Part shown: in pieces, positions 1-9,309 of the stretch
Layout: every line of letters begins with the position of its first letter
How positions within the stretch are numbered: the first letter of the stretch is position 1
Assembly: GCA_965277805.1 (NCBI GenBank)
Contig: OZ255842.1
Location: 1,536,001-1,600,000, forward strand
DNA: 64,000 nt
DNA from: Candidatus Lustribacter sp.
Lineage (GTDB): Bacteria > Vulcanimicrobiota > Vulcanimicrobiia > Vulcanimicrobiales > Vulcanimicrobiaceae
Direction of reading: 5' to 3'
Made by a program: the position numbers and the translations under genes
The notes under the pieces: generated by a model
What the model was told of the DNA's origin: nothing
Seen by the model: the letters and a program-made list of their open reading frames with translations, nothing else
The model's database searches: none

Positions 1-108
1 GGCTCCATCGTTCAAAACGATGGTCGAGATTTCGCGCAGGCCGAGTTCGCATGCCAGCAACAGGCCGACCGGCCCACCGCCCACGATCGCCACGGTCGCA
101 GAAAGCAT
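1..108 (-). CDS. FAD-dependent monooxygenase/oxidoreductase, N-terminal part (runs off window)
   Basis: Manual translation from ATG at 108: MLSATVAIVGGGPVGLLLACELGLREISTIVLNDGA, a Rossmann GxGxxG FAD-binding start. Not in the ORF track. Confidence 0.8.
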   Translation of the reverse strand, partial: MLSATVAIVGGGPVGLLLACELGLREISTIVLNDGA

Positions 109-165
109 CACAGCAATAGTATGACTACTATACTAGTTGGCGTTATCCCGCCGTGGGGGCGCCCC

Positions 166-762
166 TTACTTGACGGCCACCAAGTCGATCAGCGCGGACA
201 TGCCGCCGTGCCCGTCTCCCTCGTAGATCTCGGCATCGTATTCGGCGATGTCGACCGTGGCGAACGACCCGAAACCGGCCTCGAGGTCGGCGCGCGTGTA
301 GAGCCGTTCGACGTCGCCCGGGCCGCCGGTGCCGTAGTCGAGCTGTTTGGGCGGATACCCCTCGAGAAGAAGAAGCCCGCCCGGTTTGAGCGCGCGCCGG
401 ATGCCCGCAAACAGTGCCGTCTTCTCGAGCGGCTGCGCGAAGATCACCACGATGACGTCGTACGCATCGGCCGGCCACTCCCACTGCGAGAGATCCACGA
501 GCTCCGTCGTGATCGTCACGCCTCGCTCCGACGCGAGCGCCCGGGCTTTCGCCTGCGCGACCGGAGAGAAATCCATCGAGACGACGTCCAGCCCTTGTTC
601 GGCCAGCCACACGCCGTTGCGGCCCTCGCCGTCGGCAATCGAGAGCGCGCGTCCGTGCTCAGGCAAGCGCGCCTTTTGCGCCGCGAGAAACGCGTTGGGC
701 GCCATTCCGAACAGATAACTATCGGAAGAAAAGCGCCCATTCCAGCGTTCGAGTTCGCCCAC
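166..762 (-). CDS. Class I SAM-dependent methyltransferase (TehB-like)
   Basis: SAM motif LSIADGEGRNGVWLA, plus LKPGGLL. Confidence 0.85.
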   Translation of the reverse strand: MGELERWNGRFSSDSYLFGMAPNAFLAAQKARLPEHGRALSIADGEGRNGVWLAEQGLDVVSMDFSPVAQAKARALASERGVTITTELVDLSQWEWPADAYDVIVVIFAQPLEKTALFAGIRRALKPGGLLLLEGYPPKQLDYGTGGPGDVERLYTRADLEAGFGSFATVDIAEYDAEIYEGDGHGGMSALIDLVAVK

Positions 763-764
763 GA

Positions 765-1760
765 TCAGCGCTTCGGCACGATGCGCGCTTGGAGCTCGCC
801 AATGACCGGCGAACTATGCACGACCACGTCGCCCGTTTTGAGGAAACGTTCCGGTGCGGCGGTGCCGTCGGGCAGACGGGCACTCGAGTCGGCTGCGGTG
901 CCTTTGGCCGTTCCACCCGAGATGACGTCGCCCGGATAGAGGGTCAGATCGGTCGTCAGGTATTGCAGATACTCCGCAAACGACACGATCATATCGCGCG
1001 TGTTGTACTGCTGGCGCAGTTCGCCGTTCAGCCATGTTTCGACGTCGACGTTCGAGGGGTCGATGTTTTCGCCCGCGACGATGCACGGTCCCAGCGAATA
1101 CGAACCGTCGAAGTTCTTGGACATCCCGAATTTCAGCGTCGCATCGCCTTCGTGCTGATCGCGAATGCTCCAATCACCGAAGAGTGTTATGCCCCAAATG
1201 TACGGCTTGAGATCGTCCGTCGCTTTGAAATCCTTGGCGGGTTTGCCCAGCACGATCGCGAGCTCGCCTTCGTAGTCGAAGCGTTTCGTGCGGCCCGGAT
1301 ACATGATCTCGGCGCCGGGACCGGCCGCGTCGCGTCCGACTTTCCAAAAGCCCCAGATCCCGCGCGCGCGCAGACGCGCCGTAACGGCCTTGATGTCGCC
1401 CGCATCCGGGGGCGTCTTGCCGTTGCGGGCCGCCATGGCCAGCGTGTGGTCGGCAAAGTTTCCGCCGGCGCAGGCGATGCGCGCGCCCGGCACGTGCGGG
1501 GCGCGCAGCGGAACGTCCGCGAGGGGATACACGCCGTTTGCGGCGTGCTGCGCTTTCGGTTTGAGGATCGCGGCTTCGACGACGCGTTTCGCATCCGCCA
1601 GTGCTTGCGCACCGCCTTCGATCAGCCCGAGGAGATCGGAGGGGAGCGGAGCATCAACGATGCCGGGGTTGGCTTCGCTCGCACGGGCCAGATCGACGAT
1701 CAGATCATTGGCCGTCCACGCACCGACCCGTTTATCTGAACCAAATACAACGATTCTCAC
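765..1760 (-). CDS. Fumarylacetoacetate hydrolase family protein
   Basis: DYEGELAIVLGK, DWSIRD, SKNFD, TLYPGDVISGGT motifs. Confidence 0.9.
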   Translation of the reverse strand: MRIVVFGSDKRVGAWTANDLIVDLARASEANPGIVDAPLPSDLLGLIEGGAQALADAKRVVEAAILKPKAQHAANGVYPLADVPLRAPHVPGARIACAGGNFADHTLAMAARNGKTPPDAGDIKAVTARLRARGIWGFWKVGRDAAGPGAEIMYPGRTKRFDYEGELAIVLGKPAKDFKATDDLKPYIWGITLFGDWSIRDQHEGDATLKFGMSKNFDGSYSLGPCIVAGENIDPSNVDVETWLNGELRQQYNTRDMIVSFAEYLQYLTTDLTLYPGDVISGGTAKGTAADSSARLPDGTAAPERFLKTGDVVVHSSPVIGELQARIVPKR

Positions 1761-1832
1761 AAAACTGATGATGGCCCAGGGGTTCTACCGGTCCCTGCTG
1801 CAACGTTATCGGGCTACTCAAACGGAGGCTTC

Positions 1833-2765
1833 ATGAATCGTTACCGGATCATGCTCATGGCGCTCGTCTTCGCGCTGATCGCCGCACCCGGCGGCGCGCA
1901 AACGAAGGAGAAGATCACCGTCGCGTTTCCGCCCGTCGACCCCACGGCGGAAGTCATCTACGCCTACGACCTGGGGCTTTTCGACAAGCAAGGTCTGGAC
2001 GTTACGCTGCAGCCGCTCGGCAACGGCGGCGCGATCGCGGCCGGCGTTGCGTCGGGATCGATCGACTTCGGCGTCGGCAACGTCATCACGATCGAATCGG
2101 CACACACTAAGGGCCTGCCGCTCACGATCGTGGCACCCGGTGCCGCGAACGTCAACAGCGCGCCGTCGAACGTGCTGATCGTAAAAAAGGATTCGCCGCT
2201 GCAAAAAGCCAGCGATCTCAACGGGAAGACCATCGCAACGAATCCGCTGCGCGGCATCGGCGATCTGATGACGGACGCGTGGATCGATAAGAACGGCGGT
2301 GACTCATCGACCGTGAAGTACATCGAGATCCCGTTCCCGCAAGCAGAGGGCGTCGTCACCCAGGGCCGCGCCGATGCATCGCTCAGCGTCGAGCCGTTCA
2401 TCACGATGGCCAAAGGCGACACGCGCGTCTTTGCCAACACGTTCGGCGTTTTGGGCGACAACTATCTGATCACGGCGTTTTTCGCAGCCGCACCGTGGGC
2501 GCAAGCCCATCCCGCGATCGTCGCGAAATTCGCCGCCGCCATTCGCGAAGCGGGCGATTGGGCCAACAAAAACCCGGCGAAATCAGCCGAGATTTTGGCC
2601 AAGTACGGCAAGCTCGATCCGGACCTCGTGAAAGCGACGATCCGCGCGCGCTACGCGCTCACGCTAACGCCGGGACAGCTGCAACCGACGATTGATACGG
2701 CCGCGAAGTACAAGTTCATCGACAACGGTTTCCCGGCCCAAGAGCTGATCTTTCAAGCAAAATAG
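1833..2765 (+). CDS. ABC substrate-binding protein, SsuA/THI5 (NitT/TauT)-like
   Basis: Signal peptide; GLFDKQGLDV, SDLNGKTIA, EPF motifs; GGAGG RBS. Confidence 0.85.
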   Translation: MNRYRIMLMALVFALIAAPGGAQTKEKITVAFPPVDPTAEVIYAYDLGLFDKQGLDVTLQPLGNGGAIAAGVASGSIDFGVGNVITIESAHTKGLPLTIVAPGAANVNSAPSNVLIVKKDSPLQKASDLNGKTIATNPLRGIGDLMTDAWIDKNGGDSSTVKYIEIPFPQAEGVVTQGRADASLSVEPFITMAKGDTRVFANTFGVLGDNYLITAFFAAAPWAQAHPAIVAKFAAAIREAGDWANKNPAKSAEILAKYGKLDPDLVKATIRARYALTLTPGQLQPTIDTAAKYKFIDNGFPAQELIFQAK

Positions 2766-2792
2766 CCGCGCTGGTCGAAAAGACCAGGAGAA

Positions 2793-3263
2793 ATGACCGA
2801 AATCCAAATCGAGTTGGTGCCCGCGATAACCGACGACGTGCGGGCGCTGATCTACGAACTGGACGCCGGCCTTGCGGTCGCTTACCCGCCCGAGCAATTG
2901 CACGGCCTGACGTTGCGCTCGCTGTTCGAACCGCACGTGAAATTTTTCATCGCGCGGATCGACGGCGGCGCGATCGGCTGCTGCGGCGTCGCGTTCTTCG
3001 ACGGCTTTGCCGAACTGAAGCGCATGTACGTGCGCGAGCGCGCCCGCGGCCAAGGCACCGCGCAAGCGCTGCTCGCCCACATTGAAGACGTCACGCGCGC
3101 GGCCGGTTATTCGGTGCTACGCCTCGAGACGGGCGTGCGGCAACCAGCGGCCGTACGACTGTACGAAAGCGCCGGCTTTCATCCATGCGGGGTCTTCGAA
3201 CCCTACACGTCGATGGCGCCGGCGGCGATCAAGAACAGCTTGTTTTACGAAAAGCAGCTCTAG
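2793..3263 (+). CDS. GNAT family N-acetyltransferase
   Basis: ELKRMYVRERARGQG acetyl-CoA motif, LETG..QPAAVRLYE. Confidence 0.9.
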   Translation: MTEIQIELVPAITDDVRALIYELDAGLAVAYPPEQLHGLTLRSLFEPHVKFFIARIDGGAIGCCGVAFFDGFAELKRMYVRERARGQGTAQALLAHIEDVTRAAGYSVLRLETGVRQPAAVRLYESAGFHPCGVFEPYTSMAPAAIKNSLFYEKQL

Positions 3264-3266
3264 GCG

Positions 3267-3794
3267 CTAGGCGCGTTTACAGGTCGAGGCGTTGGTGCTC
3301 ACCCACTGGCCGTTGCGCAGGGTTTCCATTTCCCGGCGGAACGCCGTTGGGGCTAGCCGCGTGTAGACCATCCGGATCGGCTGGTCGAACCGCCGCGGTT
3401 CCTGAATGGCTCCGGCCGGCGGCGTCAGCACCTGGTCGAGATTGCCCTCGAAGTTCCAGACGTCGGTGCTCCAGGGGCCAGCCGTCATGGTCTCGAGAAA
3501 GCCCGGCCGCCCGGGGTCCGTCGCGCTGACGGCCCAGTGTCCGGAGGCCGGATCCAGCGTGTAGAGCTCGTCGAATTCACCTTGCAAACCGCCGGCGGTT
3601 ACGAAGCGATTTTTCAAGCTGATCTGGTTGTCGGTGTCGCGCGTAACGACCATCGTGCCTGCGCTGTGCGCGATGCTCTCGCACGACCACGTCCCGACAA
3701 GCTGGTAGGCGGAATCGGCCGCCGGCGTTTGCTGCGCCGTTGCGGGAGCCGAAACGGCCAGCGCGACCATCACCCCAATCGCTAAAACTCGCAT
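3267..3794 (-). CDS. Hypothetical secreted beta-rich protein
   Basis: ORF with signal peptide MRVLAIGVMVALAVSAPATA; start re-assigned to ATG 3794. Confidence 0.6.
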   Translation of the reverse strand: MRVLAIGVMVALAVSAPATAQQTPAADSAYQLVGTWSCESIAHSAGTMVVTRDTDNQISLKNRFVTAGGLQGEFDELYTLDPASGHWAVSATDPGRPGFLETMTAGPWSTDVWNFEGNLDQVLTPPAGAIQEPRRFDQPIRMVYTRLAPTAFRREMETLRNGQWVSTNASTCKRA

Positions 3795-3918
3795 GAGCAC
3801 GGTACTTTTCCGGCACCGGGCAAGCACCCTATCGGTCCCTCAGGGCGCCTGCGGCCCCTTCTATCAATATCACATAATGTTGATTTCATGATATTTTGTA
3901 AGATCGCGGTATCGTTAA

Positions 3919-4338
3919 CTACGGCTGGTAGCTTCCGAAGCTCCAGAGATAGCCTTCCGGATCGGCGGCGCTGAATGTTCTGCCGCCGTATTCCGGCGAG
4001 CGCAGTTCGATCGTGATGCGCGCGCCGGCCGCTTTTGCGCGCACGTAGGCTCGTTCGACATCGTCGTCGTTATCGAGCACGATGTAAGTGCCCCCCGTGA
4101 CGCCGCCGAGCTCGCCCGGCGTGTGGCTGGGCCACTCGCCGTCATCGTGTTTGCGGGCGGAGCCGAGCATGATGAAATGGCCGCCGAGCTTGAGCTGCGC
4201 ATGCTCGACCTGCCGGTCGGTGCCTTCGTAGACGGCATGCTTCTCGAATCCGAACGCGGCGCACAGAAAGTCGATTGCGGCCAGCGCATCGGCGTAGGTG
4301 AAACACGGCATGATCGCGCGAATTACGGATGTGGTCAT
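3919..4338 (-). CDS. VOC/glyoxalase (PhnB-like) family protein
   Basis: AIDFLCAAFGF, HAQLKLGG, YGGRTFSAADPEGYLWSFG. Confidence 0.88.
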   Translation of the reverse strand: MTTSVIRAIMPCFTYADALAAIDFLCAAFGFEKHAVYEGTDRQVEHAQLKLGGHFIMLGSARKHDDGEWPSHTPGELGGVTGGTYIVLDNDDDVERAYVRAKAAGARITIELRSPEYGGRTFSAADPEGYLWSFGSYQP

Positions 4339-4372
4339 AGGCTCAGTATAGCTGATGAATGGCAGCGGGCTG

Positions 4373-4813
4373 CTAGGGCGAGTGGTCCGTGATGATCTTC
4401 CACCCTTGCGCCGTGCGGTGGAGCACTAACGTGAATAGTCCGGTGTTGCGCGAGCCGCCGGTGCCGTCGAGATGCCAACGCGCAACGGCAACGGCGTAGT
4501 CATCGCCGAGCGGCCGAACGAGCACGTTCGAAATCGTCAGCGCTCCCATTCCGTGCTTGTAGCCGGCCGCGTAGTGTGCGCGGATGTTGGCGTAGCCGCG
4601 AACCACGGTTTGCGAACTGACATACAGCGTATCGGGCGATTGTTCGTACGACCGCATGAAGGTCGTGAGATCGCCACGGTTCCACGCTGCGGTGCTGCGC
4701 GCGAGCAAGGCGTGAATCGCTGCTGCGGGCCTCAACGAAGCAGCGGCTTGCGACGCTCCCGTCGTGACAACGGGCAAAGCGCAAATCACTGCGAGGAGGC
4801 GCATCGCGCTCAT
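4373..4813 (-). CDS. Secreted NTF2-like (SnoaL/DUF4440) protein
   Basis: AWNRGDL..FM and GWKIITDHS signature; GGAGG before ATG 4813. Confidence 0.8.
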   Translation of the reverse strand: MSAMRLLAVICALPVVTTGASQAAASLRPAAAIHALLARSTAAWNRGDLTTFMRSYEQSPDTLYVSSQTVVRGYANIRAHYAAGYKHGMGALTISNVLVRPLGDDYAVAVARWHLDGTGGSRNTGLFTLVLHRTAQGWKIITDHSP

Positions 4814-4984
4814 AAAGCCTCCGGCACGGTCGGCAGTGAGACAAGTAAGCATGCGGCTCCAAATGTGTGGCACTTCTCAATGATGAGAATTGTGCGAATC
4901 ATGTAAAGATGGGCCTTTAATTCTCCGATGACCTAGTGAGCGTCGCAGTGAGGTGGCGCTAGTCAGCTTCAAGGATGAAACGCT

Positions 4985-5734
4985 ATGCGTCGTTTGCTAC
5001 AGGCAGCGCTAATTTCGTCATTGACTTTCTTGCTCGCCGCGTGCGGAGGCGGGGGAACCGGCGTCCTTCCGCCCGGAGGTTCGGCGGGCTCGAGCACAAC
5101 GGATGCCGGATCCGCTGCGGCACGGACGACGTTCAACGAAACCTGGTCCGAATTCAGCCCGGGCGCGATTTGGGCGGACGGCACCGTCTACGGCCGGTGG
5201 ACGGATCAATGGAACGGGTACGGCGCAATCGACGTCGCGGGTACCGGAACGCAAGGCTCGGGCTTGACGCTCGCGCCGCAGGCTGCAGCTCCGTGGGACC
5301 ACTCGGCGCTCGTGACGACGACGGCACCGCTGTCAAACTTTTCGGCGTCCGTCACGCTCACCACGATCAAACAGCTGAACACTGCGCCGAACCCGTGGGA
5401 AGTTGGTTGGGTGCTGTGGGGCTTCACGGACAACACGCACTTCTACGCCTTCACGCCGCAGCCCAACGGGTGGGAATTGAGCAAGCAAGATCCGGCCTAT
5501 CCGGGCGACCAGCGATTCCTCGCGACGGGCTCGACGCCGAAGTTTCCGGTGGGCGCCACGTACACGGTAGCGGTGGCGCAACAGGGTGCGCTCATGTCGG
5601 TGTGGGTCAACGGTCAGTTCATCGTCTCGTTCACGGACCATGAACGCCCGTATGTCAGCGGCTCGTTGGGACTTTATTGCGAGGAAGCCGCTGTCAACTA
5701 CGGTCAAATCTTCGTGACCCCGAACGCGAGCTGA
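4985..5734 (+). CDS. Hypothetical lipoprotein with concanavalin-like beta-sandwich domain
   Basis: Lipobox LLAAC, Gly/Ser linker, Trp-rich domain ending GSLGLYCEEA. Confidence 0.65.
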   Translation: MRRLLQAALISSLTFLLAACGGGGTGVLPPGGSAGSSTTDAGSAAARTTFNETWSEFSPGAIWADGTVYGRWTDQWNGYGAIDVAGTGTQGSGLTLAPQAAAPWDHSALVTTTAPLSNFSASVTLTTIKQLNTAPNPWEVGWVLWGFTDNTHFYAFTPQPNGWELSKQDPAYPGDQRFLATGSTPKFPVGATYTVAVAQQGALMSVWVNGQFIVSFTDHERPYVSGSLGLYCEEAAVNYGQIFVTPNAS

Positions 5735-5749
5735 GTTGAAGCCGGAGAA

Positions 5750-7510
5750 CTAACGCGGTGCGGCGCCGAGCCGCTGGAGCCAGACGGAAACGATCGCCGG
5801 CTTGCCGGCGCGGACTGCGGCCTTCGCCCGGCGCATCGCCGGCCCGACCTCGTCCGGCGTGCGCACGTTTTCGCCGTGGGCACCGGCTGCCTGGGCCTCT
5901 TGTGCGAAATCGACCGGCGGATCGAAATGTCCGCCTTCGTAGCCCGCTTGGAACGCGTAGCCCTCCGGATAGATCTCGCCAACGTTCACCGTGCCGGTTG
6001 AATAGCTGCGGTTCTGATAGACCACCGCCATGAACGGCGCGCCGAAATGCACCGCCGCCCAGAGCGCCGCGGTGGCGGTGCTGTACTGATAGAATCCATC
6101 GCCGGTGCAGGCGATGATGTCCTTATCCGGTGATGCGAGCTTCGCGCCGAATGCAGCGCCGATCGACCAGCCGCCGCTCGAAGCCGGGTTGTGAAAATAC
6201 GATCCCGGCACGTTGCACGGCACGTAGCGATCGATCATCGGGGTCTGCAACGTCTCATCGAAAACGATGCTGTTATCGTCGATGACCTGCGCGAGTTCGT
6301 AGGTGACGTAGGCCGGATCGATCGGATCGGAGGCGGCCTTGGATTCGGCGTAGGCGTTCCATTCGGCGCGCCGGGTGCTGGTGAACGTTTCCCAGCGCTC
6401 GCGGCGCGCGTCGATCTTCGCCCGCACCGCCGGGGTGAGTTCTTCTTCCACGAGTTGCGTCAGGAGTTCGATGGCCCGCAACGCGTCTGAGGTGACGCGG
6501 ACGTCGGCGGTAAATTCGTATGTCGGGATCCGCTGCCGCACCGGGTCGATATCGATCACCGCTACGTACGCACTCGCGGGCGGCGCTTTCGGTCCCGGAG
6601 TCCACGGGACGTTCGCATCGATCGCAACGACGACATCCGCCTCTTTCAACGGGTAGTCGCCGAGATAGAGCGGATGACGCTTCGGAAAACAGTGATACGC
6701 CTTGAAGCCTGAGTTCGCGACCGGCAGTGCCAGGAGTTCGCAGAGCTTGACCAGCGCCGGGACCGTCGCCGGGTTGCGGCCGGACGTCGAAGTGACGACG
6801 AACGGATTTTCCGCTTCGATCAGCTTGCGGGCGATCGTGCGCGCGGCTTCCATTGCCGGCGCCGGCGTCTCCGGGATACCCAGCTGTTGCGCAGTGGGAA
6901 ACGACCTATCGCGCAACGGCACGAGCGTGAGTTCGCGCGGTGGCGTGAAGTACACCGGGCCGCGCGGCTCGGTCAGCGCGATCTGCAGTCCACGGCTAAC
7001 GATGAGGCCGGGGTTGTCGGCGAATTCGAGCCGCTTCTCCCACTTCACGTAGTTGCGTACGATGCCGTTTTGATCGGCGGGTTGCTGAAACCAAAGATGC
7101 CCGCCGCGGTCGCGCGCGCCGCGGACCGTGCCGGTATACGCGGTCGGGCCGCCGCCGCCGGTGATGAAGACCGGAAGGTTGGCGTGCGCCGCGGTATGCA
7201 AGGCCCCGCCGTAATTGAACGTGCCCGCGTCCGCGTGCGCCGCGGTCGCTACCGGCTTGCCGCTGACCGCCGCGTAGCCGAGCGCGGCGTTGAGGCTCGC
7301 GTGCTCGTGAATCATCGTAATGAGACGCGGAGTCTGCCGGCCGAGCGCCTCCGCCTTCGCGATGGCTTCTTGGTAGAACGCGAGTTCGGAACCCGACGTG
7401 AAAAAGAGATATTCGACGCCGCCGGCGGCTAATGCCGCGACGATCGCTTCCCCAGCGTCCCCGTCCGGCAGCTGAACCCAATCGTGCGCGGTCTTCTCAG
7501 GAGCTTGCAT
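5750..7510 (-). CDS. Thiamine pyrophosphate-requiring enzyme (acetolactate synthase/decarboxylase superfamily)
   Basis: Catalytic HE motif (IHEHAS) and TPP motif TGDG...N. Confidence 0.88.
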   Translation of the reverse strand: MQAPEKTAHDWVQLPDGDAGEAIVAALAAGGVEYLFFTSGSELAFYQEAIAKAEALGRQTPRLITMIHEHASLNAALGYAAVSGKPVATAAHADAGTFNYGGALHTAAHANLPVFITGGGGPTAYTGTVRGARDRGGHLWFQQPADQNGIVRNYVKWEKRLEFADNPGLIVSRGLQIALTEPRGPVYFTPPRELTLVPLRDRSFPTAQQLGIPETPAPAMEAARTIARKLIEAENPFVVTSTSGRNPATVPALVKLCELLALPVANSGFKAYHCFPKRHPLYLGDYPLKEADVVVAIDANVPWTPGPKAPPASAYVAVIDIDPVRQRIPTYEFTADVRVTSDALRAIELLTQLVEEELTPAVRAKIDARRERWETFTSTRRAEWNAYAESKAASDPIDPAYVTYELAQVIDDNSIVFDETLQTPMIDRYVPCNVPGSYFHNPASSGGWSIGAAFGAKLASPDKDIIACTGDGFYQYSTATAALWAAVHFGAPFMAVVYQNRSYSTGTVNVGEIYPEGYAFQAGYEGGHFDPPVDFAQEAQAAGAHGENVRTPDEVGPAMRRAKAAVRAGKPAIVSVWLQRLGAAPR

Positions 7511-7555
7511 TCCCGTTGCTTCGCTTGCGCGAGCGCTAGAGCTTCTCGCCGCGCA

Positions 7556-8494
7556 TCAGCGTAAGAACTCCGGGGCGAAAAGGTCCGCGGCGAGAATTCT
7601 TTGCGGCAGCACGCCGTACTTCACGCCGGCATCGATGACGGGCTGGATCGCGCCGAGATCGGTCTTCTCGAGGAAGGTTGCCCGCGCCATTCCGCGCACG
7701 ACCGCGACGTCGAGCCCCATGCCCTTGGCGACGAATTCGGCCGTTTGGTCCTGGTGCCGATTGGCCCAGGCTGCGGCTTCGAGGTTGGCTTGCTGGAATT
7801 TATGGGCGGTGTCGCGATTGGCGGCGATCCACGCTTGCGAGGCGACGTAGCCGTCAATCATCCAACGTGGACCGAACCCATCGAATGCCTTGCCGAAAAA
7901 TCGCCAGTCGCCCTTCGACTGCGAGAGAAACGGTTCGGGCAAGATGCTCGCGTCTATCCGCTTCGAGAGCAGCGCCGCTCCCATAGACGAATTCGCAAGC
8001 TCGAGAAACTTGACTTGTTTGGAGTCGCCTCCGTTTTTGTCGATCCACGCTTGAGCCGCCACGTGCGCTATTCCCTGGAGCACGTTGACGCCGACCGTGG
8101 CCCCGGCAAGATCGCGCGCCGTGGCGAGTTTTGAATCTTTCGCGACGACCATCACCGTCGTCGGATGTTGCGTCGTATAGACCGCACCGGTGGCGATGAT
8201 CCGGATCGGCGCGCCGTGCGCATACGCAACGGCGAGCGAAAGCAGATTGGATCCGCTCAGATCCAGCGTGCCGCCGAGCATCGCAGCGAATGTCGTGTTG
8301 CCGTTGGTAAATGTCTGCGGCTGCACGTCCAACCCGGCCCGGGCATAGATGCCGACGTTGATACCCGATAAGACCTCGGAAGCGGAGTCCGTTTGCGCGG
8401 TTCCGAGCGAGATTTTCGTGAGTTCGGCCGCACCCGCAACGCTGCGAATCGCGAGGACAGCCGCGCCACCGGAGATGAGCCGGCCGCGGTTCAC
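7556..8494 (-). CDS. ABC substrate-binding protein, SsuA/THI5-like
   Basis: Tat-like start MNRGRLI; DLAGATVGV, WIDKNGGD, PEPF. Confidence 0.85.
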   Translation of the reverse strand: MNRGRLISGGAAVLAIRSVAGAAELTKISLGTAQTDSASEVLSGINVGIYARAGLDVQPQTFTNGNTTFAAMLGGTLDLSGSNLLSLAVAYAHGAPIRIIATGAVYTTQHPTTVMVVAKDSKLATARDLAGATVGVNVLQGIAHVAAQAWIDKNGGDSKQVKFLELANSSMGAALLSKRIDASILPEPFLSQSKGDWRFFGKAFDGFGPRWMIDGYVASQAWIAANRDTAHKFQQANLEAAAWANRHQDQTAEFVAKGMGLDVAVVRGMARATFLEKTDLGAIQPVIDAGVKYGVLPQRILAADLFAPEFLR

Positions 8495-9309
8495 GATGCG
8501 GCGTCCGTGAAGCTGGCGGCAAGGTCGCGCGCCTCCATGCGAATCGCTTTGAGCAGCAGCGACTCATCGGTGCTCGCCGAGATGAACGATGCGCCAAGAC
8601 TCCGCAGGTCGCGAATCACGTCCGGCTGCTGCTTCACGCCGGCCACACCGAGCCAGCGCCCGCTGCGGCGGCACGCCGCGGCGACGGTTTCAAACGCCGC
8701 GCGAATTTTCGGATGATCGCTATTTCCGTGAATGCCAAGTTCGTCGCTCAAGTCTCCGGCGCCGACCAGGATCATGTCGACGCCGTCGACCGCGCAAATG
8801 GCGTCGACGTTGGCAATCGCCTCGGCCGTTTCAGCCATGACGATCACGATCGTGCGCGCGTCCAAGATCGCCGAGCCTTCGTCAGCGGAAACCGGCGCGT
8901 AGCCGAGCGGCGGGCTCGCTCCGGCAAGCGCGCGCGTCCCCCGCGGACGGAACCGCGCCGCATCGACGACGCCGCGCGCTTCGGCAGCCGTGTTAACGTG
9001 CGGAACGATGACGCCGGCCGCACCCCCGTCGAGCGTGCGCATGATGTACTCGCGGCTGTGGGAGGGCACCCGAACGAGCGGCGTCAGCCCCATGTTCCAG
9101 GCGGTGAGGGAGAGCGTGGCTACGTCATCGAGAGAGAACATCGCATGTTCCATATCGAAATACACAGCGTCAAAGCCGGCCATTTTCGCCATTTGGAGCA
9201 CGTGAATCGAGCGCGACATCCGGATCGGCAAGCACGTTGCCGCTCCGTTCGCGGCGAGTTTGTTGATCAGCGGATTGTCGCTCCGCACGCCCTTCGCGAC
9301 GTCCATCAC
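8491..9309 (-). CDS. HpcH/HpaI aldolase/citrate lyase family protein
   Basis: GFDAVYFDMEH, PLVRVP, LDGGAAGVIVPHV, GAGDLS. Confidence 0.9.
   Translation of the reverse strand: MMDVAKGVRSDNPLINKLAANGAATCLPIRMSRSIHVLQMAKMAGFDAVYFDMEHAMFSLDDVATLSLTAWNMGLTPLVRVPSHSREYIMRTLDGGAAGVIVPHVNTAAEARGVVDAARFRPRGTRALAGASPPLGYAPVSADEGSAILDARTIVIVMAETAEAIANVDAICAVDGVDMILVGAGDLSDELGIHGNSDHPKIRAAFETVAAACRRSGRWLGVAGVKQQPDVIRDLRSLGASFISASTDESLLLKAIRMEARDLAASFTDAAS

Noticed and set aside
4813-4830. AAAGCCTCCGGC resembling part of a c-di-GMP-I riboswitch
   Set aside because: It is just the reverse complement of the GGAGG RBS of the 4813 gene; the rest of the aptamer is missing
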